Shown here one piece after another: positions 57,347-64,000 of a stretch of DNA of 64,000 bases. A program made the translations under genes and the position numbers. This DNA comes from Candidatus Obscuribacterales bacterium (lineage in GTDB: Bacteria > Cyanobacteriota > Vampirovibrionia > Obscuribacterales > Obscuribacteraceae). The stretch spans positions 2,304,001 to 2,368,000 of the forward strand of contig CBDDIJ010000002.1 in assembly GCA_965228855.1 (NCBI GenBank), given 5' to 3'. Positions within the stretch are counted from its first letter, which is position 1; the number at the start of each line of letters is the position of its first letter. The notes under the pieces were generated by a model, which did no database searches, had not been told where the DNA came from, and saw nothing but the letters and a program-made list of their open reading frames with translations.

Positions 57347-59800
57347 ATGGATGACTTAGAGAAAATCGTTTTGTCTCACCTTTCGCGAAACCCGCAAAGC
57401 GACGAAACGGCAAGCAGCGAAGCGGAATTGCAGTCTATGACCCACCAACACGAGATAGATGTGGACTCGGCAGCTCGGCGCGACGCAGAACTTGATTCAT
57501 CAATGGAGCAAGATCTCGACGCCGGTTTGATGCCTGAGGATGAAGGCGTACAATCGTTTAGTGACAGCCGTACGACGAAAGCCGAGGTAGATCTGACCGA
57601 ACAAGTTTCAAACAACGACCCGGAGGTCGCAGCCGAATATCTGCCTCCGTATGAGCCTGACATGCGACCGCTTTGTCAGGGTATGCCGTTCGTCTTGACT
57701 GACTCTGCCCATCCCAGGCATGCGGTCAAGCACGGCAGTCACTTCCTGGTCCTCGACGATGCAGGCTTGATTCCGAGTTGCAATTCAATGGGGTACGGTT
57801 ACTATCGCTATGATACAAGGCATCTCAGCTCGTGGGAACTCGAGCTGAACAATGCTCCTTTATCGCTGCTGTCCTCTGATTTCACTAAAGGATACGCAGC
57901 TGATTTGCTGTATACCAATAACCACTCAGAATCGGTCCCTCAGCAAAAAGTGACGGTGGAGCGCAAGATTGTTCTAACGGACTTGCTCTGGGAGCAGATT
58001 ACTCTTGAGAATTTCCACTCTGAACCTGTCGAAGTCGAGTTAGCACTTCGGTTTTACTCAGACTTCGCGGACATCTTTGAAGTCAGAGGTGTAAACAGAC
58101 CTGTGCGCGGGCAGCGTATGAAACCTACAGCGCCAGGCGGTTCATCGATTTTTCTCGCGTACAGAGGTGTTGACAATATACTGCTTGAAACGGTTATCGA
58201 TTTTAAAAACATCCGTCCGACGTCGCTCAATGACGGTGAAGCGATTTTTAAAATGACCTTGCCTGTCAGGCGGCCGGTCAGCATGGACATTTGCATCTAT
58301 ACACGTTGGAATCGTGGTGCACCGAGGGCGGTGGCAAATGGAGCGGACTTCAAGGAAGCAGAGCAAATTGCCGATACGAATTACGAAAGTTGGCGTAACG
58401 AACTCACCACGATCGAAACAGATCTGAACATGTTCAACATCGCTATTGATAATTGTTACCGCGATTTGTACATGCTAAGGCAGCCGACTCCAAAGGGTCT
58501 TGGTATCGCTGCTGGTATCCCATGGTATTGTTCTTTGTTCGGTCGAGACACCGCTATAACAGCGCTACAGATGCTGCCCTTCGCGCCTGATCTGGCGCGC
58601 AGTTGCATCGATGTGCTGGCAGCATATCAAGGACAGAAAACCGACACCTTCAGGGCCGAACGCCCCGGAAAAATTTTGCACGAATTGCGAGTGGGCGAAA
58701 TGGCTCGCATGAAGGAAACTCCGCACGATCCCTATTATGGAACGGTCGATGCGACGCAACTCTGGCTCATCTTGATCGCGGAGTACATCGATTGGACTGG
58801 TGATCTTGAGTACGCAAATTCGCTCTGGCCGAATATAAAACTGGCTCTTCGATTTCTCGATAACGCCGTGAAAACGGGCTACATGAGCTACAAGCGCGAG
58901 AGCCCACTCGGACTTGAAAACCAGGGCTGGAAAGATTCCGGCGACTCAGTGACGCACCTCGACGGCAAGCTCGCAGAACCTCCAATTTCTCTATGTGAAG
59001 CGCAAGGCTACCTGTTTCTTGCCTGGATGAAAATTGCTAATCTTGCGAATCTCTTGGGACAAAATTCACTCGCTTTCAAGCTACGCCAGCGGGCAATGGC
59101 TTTGAAAGAGCGTTTCCAGAAAGATTTCTGGATGGACTCCGAGCAGTTTATTGCTATTGCGCTTGATCGCTACGGCAATCAGGTTCAGACGGTTTCATCC
59201 AATCCCGGTCACTGTCTATGGTCCGAGATTTTAGATGATGAAAAGGCTCACAAGGTGGCGGACCGCATCATGAATGCCGATCTCTTTTCCGGTTGGGGGA
59301 TAAGAACGCTGTCCACGGAAGCGCCGTCATACAATCCGCTTAGCTACCATAATGGTTCCGTCTGGCCTCACGATAACGCGATAATTGTCGATGGGTTGAG
59401 AAAGCTGGGACGTTCAAAGGACATCGTCGTAGTTCTCACGGCTATGTACGATGCCATGCGACGGCAGTCCGACTTCCGCTTGCCCGAATTGTTTTGCGGA
59501 TTCGAACGTTCGAGTTCTCCGCATCCTATCGATTATCCGGTCTCCTGCCGACCACAGGCATGGGCTGCTGGAGCCATTTTTCAAATGCTCAAGGCGTGCA
59601 TCAATCTGTCTCCTGACGCTGCAAAAAATCAGCTCAGAATTGTCGATCCAGTTTTACCGCCCTGGTTGACTCAGGTGCGGATATCGAATTTGCGGCTGGG
59701 CAAATCGTCTGTGGATCTGGCTCTTCGACGAGACGGCACCTCGACGTTTTGCCAGGTTTTGAAGAAACAGGGTAACATCCGGATCGTGATTGAAACATAG
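57347..59800 (+). CDS. Amylo-alpha-1,6-glucosidase / glycogen debranching enzyme family
   Basis: AAGIPWYCSLFGRD, PGKILHE, NQGWKDS, SYHNGSVWPHDN, RLPELFCG and CRPQAWA motifs. Confidence 0.92.
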   Translation: MDDLEKIVLSHLSRNPQSDETASSEAELQSMTHQHEIDVDSAARRDAELDSSMEQDLDAGLMPEDEGVQSFSDSRTTKAEVDLTEQVSNNDPEVAAEYLPPYEPDMRPLCQGMPFVLTDSAHPRHAVKHGSHFLVLDDAGLIPSCNSMGYGYYRYDTRHLSSWELELNNAPLSLLSSDFTKGYAADLLYTNNHSESVPQQKVTVERKIVLTDLLWEQITLENFHSEPVEVELALRFYSDFADIFEVRGVNRPVRGQRMKPTAPGGSSIFLAYRGVDNILLETVIDFKNIRPTSLNDGEAIFKMTLPVRRPVSMDICIYTRWNRGAPRAVANGADFKEAEQIADTNYESWRNELTTIETDLNMFNIAIDNCYRDLYMLRQPTPKGLGIAAGIPWYCSLFGRDTAITALQMLPFAPDLARSCIDVLAAYQGQKTDTFRAERPGKILHELRVGEMARMKETPHDPYYGTVDATQLWLILIAEYIDWTGDLEYANSLWPNIKLALRFLDNAVKTGYMSYKRESPLGLENQGWKDSGDSVTHLDGKLAEPPISLCEAQGYLFLAWMKIANLANLLGQNSLAFKLRQRAMALKERFQKDFWMDSEQFIAIALDRYGNQVQTVSSNPGHCLWSEILDDEKAHKVADRIMNADLFSGWGIRTLSTEAPSYNPLSYHNGSVWPHDNAIIVDGLRKLGRSKDIVVVLTAMYDAMRRQSDFRLPELFCGFERSSSPHPIDYPVSCRPQAWAAGAIFQMLKACINLSPDAAKNQLRIVDPVLPPWLTQVRISNLRLGKSSVDLALRRDGTSTFCQVLKKQGNIRIVIET

Positions 59801-59860
59801 GAAACAGGATCGGGCACGTCTACGACGCCGAGACCGAGATAAGACTGAGAGGAGATTACT

Positions 59861-60961
59861 GTGAAGATTGCTCAACTGGCACCACTCTCGGAAGCCGTCC
59901 CTCCTAAGGGCTACGGTGGGACCGAGTTAGTTGTGAGTCAACTGACTGAAGAGCTAGTACGTCGAAACCATGATGTCGTACTGTTCGCCAGCGGCGATTC
60001 TGAAACGGATGCTGAGTTGGTTTCAATTACTCCTAAAGCGCTGCGAATGGAAAAGGTGCCATCGCACCGCTGGGCGGCTTATGAAGTGCGCTCGTTGCTG
60101 CGGTTTTTAGAGCGTAAAGATGAGTTTGACGTCGTTCATAACCACATGGGTTTTCTGGCTTATCCGTTCCTCGCGCAAGCGAACTGTCCGGTTGTCTCGA
60201 CTATTCATAACCCGATGCTCGATTACTGTGCGGACATTTATCGCACCTTTAGTCACCTTCCTATCGTTTCTATTAGTGATGCTTATCGCAAATTGAACCT
60301 GTGTGATGAGTTGAATTATGTTGCTCGCGTTTACAACGCCGTCGACTCCAAAGGTTTTGATCCAGGCGAACTATCAGCTGACAAAATTGGCGACCAGGAC
60401 AGAAAGTATTTGTTGTTTCTGGGACGGATTTCACACGCAAAAGGAACTGCTGATGCGATAAAAATCGCGAAGGCAAAGGGCTTGCCTCTCAAAATCGCAG
60501 GAAAAGTCGATGATACCGACTTGAAGTATTTTAATGAGAACGTCGAGCCCGAGCTGGGCGGCGGCATCGAGTATGTTGGTGAAGTAGACTTCGAGCAGAA
60601 GAGAAGCTTGTACAAGAACGCGATGGCGATTGTTTATCCTATCCATTTTGAAGAACCCTTCGGATTGGTCATGGTTGAAGGTCTTGCATCCGGTACGCCT
60701 CTTGTCGCGCTGGCGCGGGGCAGTGTGCGGGAGATACTAACTGATAAAACAGCTGTCATAGGAAGCACCGTCGATGAGTTAATTGAAAACTTCGACCGGG
60801 TTTTCGACCTGCGTTCCTCTGAGTGCATTGCCAGGGCGAACGACTTCAGCGTAGACAAGATGACATCTGGCTATGAAGAAGTTTACGCGAAGGTCATTGG
60901 AAGTTTCACAAAAGGCAAACCGCTGTCTTCGCAGTCGGACAGTGCTCTCGCGGTTAAATAG
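59861..60961 (+). CDS. Glycosyltransferase family 4
   Basis: VPPKGYGGTE, FLGRISHAKG and EEPFGLVMVEGLASGTP motifs. Confidence 0.93.
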   Translation: MKIAQLAPLSEAVPPKGYGGTELVVSQLTEELVRRNHDVVLFASGDSETDAELVSITPKALRMEKVPSHRWAAYEVRSLLRFLERKDEFDVVHNHMGFLAYPFLAQANCPVVSTIHNPMLDYCADIYRTFSHLPIVSISDAYRKLNLCDELNYVARVYNAVDSKGFDPGELSADKIGDQDRKYLLFLGRISHAKGTADAIKIAKAKGLPLKIAGKVDDTDLKYFNENVEPELGGGIEYVGEVDFEQKRSLYKNAMAIVYPIHFEEPFGLVMVEGLASGTPLVALARGSVREILTDKTAVIGSTVDELIENFDRVFDLRSSECIARANDFSVDKMTSGYEEVYAKVIGSFTKGKPLSSQSDSALAVK

Positions 60962-61071
60962 CCTTTCCCTGCCTCATGACCGGTTTTGAGGGGATTGCGT
61001 GGTTTCTGCATCGATTTTCAAATGCGTGCTATGGCGAGATCAACTAATACCAATATGCCTTTGGCGGTCAC

Positions 61072-62268
61072 ATGGTTTCCCGAGAACATTCTATTATCAA
61101 TCGTAACGTCTGCCGAGCCGTTATTGCGGCTCTTCTCGTGCTTATCTGGAGCACGGGTCCGGTGCGCTGTGAGGCCGTGGCATCTGATTCGCAGGCGAAA
61201 AAGACCGATGTTCATATCTACGCGAATGAGCTTAACATCACCAATCTAACCGTCGATTCCGTAGACGCCGCGGCAAAGCCTGTGCCGCCGGTAGATTCGG
61301 CGAAGACCGAAGCGTCGGAAAATGAAGCCGAGAAAACAATCAAGGCCGTGCCACCACCGCCGGAGCGTTTCACCGAAGCCGCCCCGTCCGGGCGTCGCAT
61401 AGCGCTGGTGCTCGGGGGTGGTGGTGCCCGCGGTGCTGCCCACATAGGAGTTCTCAAAGTTCTGGAAGAGCACAACATAACGCCCGACATGATCGTTGGC
61501 AATAGCATGGGCTCTGTAATAGGCGCGCTCTACTGTGCAGGCATTCCATTGAGTAAGATTGAAAAACTCTGCTCCGACGGCTCCGTGAAAAAAGCATTCT
61601 TACCGACCCCGATTCCTATTCAAATGGTCAAGAAGGCACTGAGACCACGCATCCCTTTCAAAAAGAGCAAGAATCGCTTCCCGGGAATCTACTCAGGCAA
61701 AAAGTTGGAAGAGTTCATCAACGAGACGGTGGGCGAGGAACACCAGCGCATCGAGTCGTTACCCATACCACTTGCGATAACTACAGTGAATCTTTTGGAT
61801 GGCAAAGCGTATAGGTTTACGCAAGGTAATTTAGGATTGATGGTACGCGCGAGTTGCAGTCTGCCGCCGATGCTCAAGCCCGTCAAGTTTGAGAACATGG
61901 TTCTTGCCGACGGCGGAATCAGGGCTAATCTGCCCACACTCACGGCACGCGATCTTGGTGCTGACATCATAATCGCTGTCAATGTCGACGAAAAATTGGA
62001 GACGGTGAATCAGAAAGAAGTACAAGACCTCACCGGTCTTGCAAATCGTGTCGCGACGATAGTCCTGGCTGTGCGTGACGAGCAATTCTCGAAAGAAGCG
62101 GACCTGGTCATTCAGCCTGACGTTGCCGGAATTTCCATCGTCTCCAAAGCTGATGAGGACTACCATAAAGCAGTCGAAGCTGGTCGCGTTGCTGCTATCG
62201 AATCGCTGCCAGCTTTGCGAAAGATCCTGGATTTAAAAACCGCCGAGAAAAACAGGATGCGGCTTTAA
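61072..62268 (+). CDS. Patatin-like phospholipase, exported
   Basis: LGGGGARGAAHIG, GNSMG and DGG motifs; N-terminal signal. Confidence 0.9.
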   Translation: MVSREHSIINRNVCRAVIAALLVLIWSTGPVRCEAVASDSQAKKTDVHIYANELNITNLTVDSVDAAAKPVPPVDSAKTEASENEAEKTIKAVPPPPERFTEAAPSGRRIALVLGGGGARGAAHIGVLKVLEEHNITPDMIVGNSMGSVIGALYCAGIPLSKIEKLCSDGSVKKAFLPTPIPIQMVKKALRPRIPFKKSKNRFPGIYSGKKLEEFINETVGEEHQRIESLPIPLAITTVNLLDGKAYRFTQGNLGLMVRASCSLPPMLKPVKFENMVLADGGIRANLPTLTARDLGADIIIAVNVDEKLETVNQKEVQDLTGLANRVATIVLAVRDEQFSKEADLVIQPDVAGISIVSKADEDYHKAVEAGRVAAIESLPALRKILDLKTAEKNRMRL

Positions 62269-62403
62269 GATAAAAGTTGTTGGTATCCAAATGGACGCCG
62301 AAAAATTCTGAATTTAGCGAAATGGAGGGGCATACGGAGCGTTGAGAGGCAGTTAATCGGTCATGGTAACGGGTATCATAGAGGTGCCGACCAGAGAGGT
62401 CAT

Positions 62404-64000
62404 ATGGAACATCTACTAGGATCAGAAGGTTACGCTCCACTCGGAATGTGTTTCAAGTGGGATGCAACTTTGCTTGTTCTTACAGTAGTTGGAAACCTTC
62501 TTGCAGCTCTGGCGATGATTATCATTCCAATCGCCCTGCTAGCCTTTCTTCGACGTGGCGAGCAGTATAAGTCTTTTCACTGGGTTTTCTACCTTTTCGC
62601 ATCTGCATCATTTGCCGGTGGCGCTGCGCACGCAGTCAAAATCTGGAATGTCTATCATCCGGCTTTCGCTCTGGAAGCCGGTCTCGACTTTTTCTCCGGA
62701 GTCGCATTTCTTTCAACAGCGATATTGATGTGGCCGATGATGCCGAAAATTCTTGCTTTGCCAAGACCAGAGCAGATGGATAAGGCTTATGACGAGCTCA
62801 AAGCCGAGATGATTCGCCGAGAGTCAGCCGAGTATAGAAATCGACAGCTCGCTTCAATCGTGGAGTCGTCCAACGACGCAATTGTCAGTTTTATGTTGAA
62901 TGGGACTGTTCTAAGTTGGAATCGCGGTGCCCAAGAACTATTTGGCTATTCGGTCGAATCGACTATGGGACGCGCGATGCGCCAGCTAATTGGTCCTGAT
63001 ATGGACATGATCATCGAAGTTCTTCGTGAAGGACGAAAACTCGACACGATCGAGTTACCCTACACCACCCATGATGGCAAACAGATCTATCTGTCGCTAT
63101 GCGTTTCACCGATCAAAGATGCCGAAGGTAAAGTGGTCAGCGGTGCTGCAATCTTCAGAGACATAACTCAAATGAAACAGGCGGAGAAAGATTTGGTTCA
63201 TACGTCCGAGCAACTCTCGCATTCAAATAAGGAACTGGAAGACTTCGCCTGGGTTGCCGCGCATGACCTTAAGGAGCCCGTGCGAACGATGGCTACTTAC
63301 TCAAAGCTTTTGTCGCAGGAATGCGAAGCCACTCTAGATGAGCAGGGTAAGCAGTTCCTGAACTTCATTCACCGCTCGTCTATTATGGCGATGGCTCGGA
63401 TTGACGACGTATTAAAGTTCAGTGCGGTTCGACGTGAAAAGTTCAACCCTCACAAAGTCGATTTGAACGATCTCGTCGCGCGCGTAACGCAAGATTTGAA
63501 CTCTGCGATCAGAGAATCGCATGCGAAAATCGATGTGCCGGTTGAGTTGCCGGCAATTCAAGGCAAGGCTGAATATGTCTCCCTGCTGTTTCAGAATGTT
63601 CTCAGCAATGCAATTAAATACCGCGGCGAAGCTGTTCCTCATATAACGATCACTGCCGAGCGCGATGGCGAGTTCTGGCACGTCAAGGTTCGGGACAATG
63701 GTATCGGTTTTGAACAGGAACACGCTGACAAAATTTTTCAGATGTTTCAACGGCTGCACAACGATGAGAAGTATTCAGGGACCGGTCTTGGACTGGCTAT
63801 GTGCAAGAAGATCGTTGAATTGCATGGTGGAAAGATTTGGGCCGAGTCTGCACCCGGCGAAGGTACTACATTCCACTTCACTCTGCCGGTTTACGAAAAG
63901 CCAGCCGTAACTGATCTTCGCGTGACCGACAAATTAGCTGACGTGAAGACGGACCTTCGAGCAAAAGACAAACAAGCGGAATCGAGGGCGGCGGCAGAGA
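62404..64000 (+). CDS. Sensor histidine kinase: ethylene-receptor-like TM domain + PAS + HisKA + HATPase, partial (runs off window end)
   Basis: Not in the ORF track. Hand translation from ATG 62404 (GAGAGG RBS): three TMs, IVESSNDAI...SWNRGAQELFGY (PAS), FAWVAAHDLKEP, NVLSNAIKY, DNGIG and GTGLGL. Confidence 0.9.
   Translation, partial: MEHLLGSEGYAPLGMCFKWDATLLVLTVVGNLLAALAMIIIPIALLAFLRRGEQYKSFHWVFYLFASASFAGGAAHAVKIWNVYHPAFALEAGLDFFSGVAFLSTAILMWPMMPKILALPRPEQMDKAYDELKAEMIRRESAEYRNRQLASIVESSNDAIVSFMLNGTVLSWNRGAQELFGYSVESTMGRAMRQLIGPDMDMIIEVLREGRKLDTIELPYTTHDGKQIYLSLCVSPIKDAEGKVVSGAAIFRDITQMKQAEKDLVHTSEQLSHSNKELEDFAWVAAHDLKEPVRTMATYSKLLSQECEATLDEQGKQFLNFIHRSSIMAMARIDDVLKFSAVRREKFNPHKVDLNDLVARVTQDLNSAIRESHAKIDVPVELPAIQGKAEYVSLLFQNVLSNAIKYRGEAVPHITITAERDGEFWHVKVRDNGIGFEQEHADKIFQMFQRLHNDEKYSGTGLGLAMCKKIVELHGGKIWAESAPGEGTTFHFTLPVYEKPAVTDLRVTDKLADVKTDLRAKDKQAESRAAAE

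Noticed and set aside
1..64000. HIP1 (GCGATCGC) enrichment, CRISPR array, IS or prophage
   Set aside because: Only about three HIP1 sites spotted by eye (near 23270, 42311, 56581; not an exhaustive count). No spaced repeats, transposase or phage genes were recognised.

Overview
Gene-dense bacterial chromosomal window with about 55 CDS. I saw no rRNA, tRNA, CRISPR array or intact mobile element. Gene content (an RpaA-like regulator, cyanobacterial-type der/plsY, DUF4388-GGDEF and SGNH/DUF1574-like proteins, no photosynthesis genes) suggests a non-photosynthetic cyanobacterial relative (Vampirovibrionia/Melainabacteria, possibly Obscuribacterales); this placement is inference. Housekeeping genes include der, plsY, dnaX, dxs, recR, ybaB, def and Ku/LigD. 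Best hidden signal: a second msrA (42128-41571, minus strand) that the ORF track splits in two. Its catalytic GCFWG Cys codon is an in-frame TGA followed immediately by a SECIS-like hairpin, making it a candidate membrane-anchored selenocysteine MsrA. It ends a putative TetR regulon (DsrE-like, PNPOx-like, TetR, Sec-MsrA) marked by two copies of a palindromic operator, each inside a 17-bp-spaced promoter. Other highlights: a CHASE2 kinase/NarL pair divergent from two secreted VIT-vWA paralogues that share a GGGTTTTCCCTG upstream motif; an unannotated histidine kinase with a degenerate ethylene-receptor-like domain; an active/pseudo-enzyme acyltransferase pair; and an HTH-coiled-coil-J-domain protein upstream of der.
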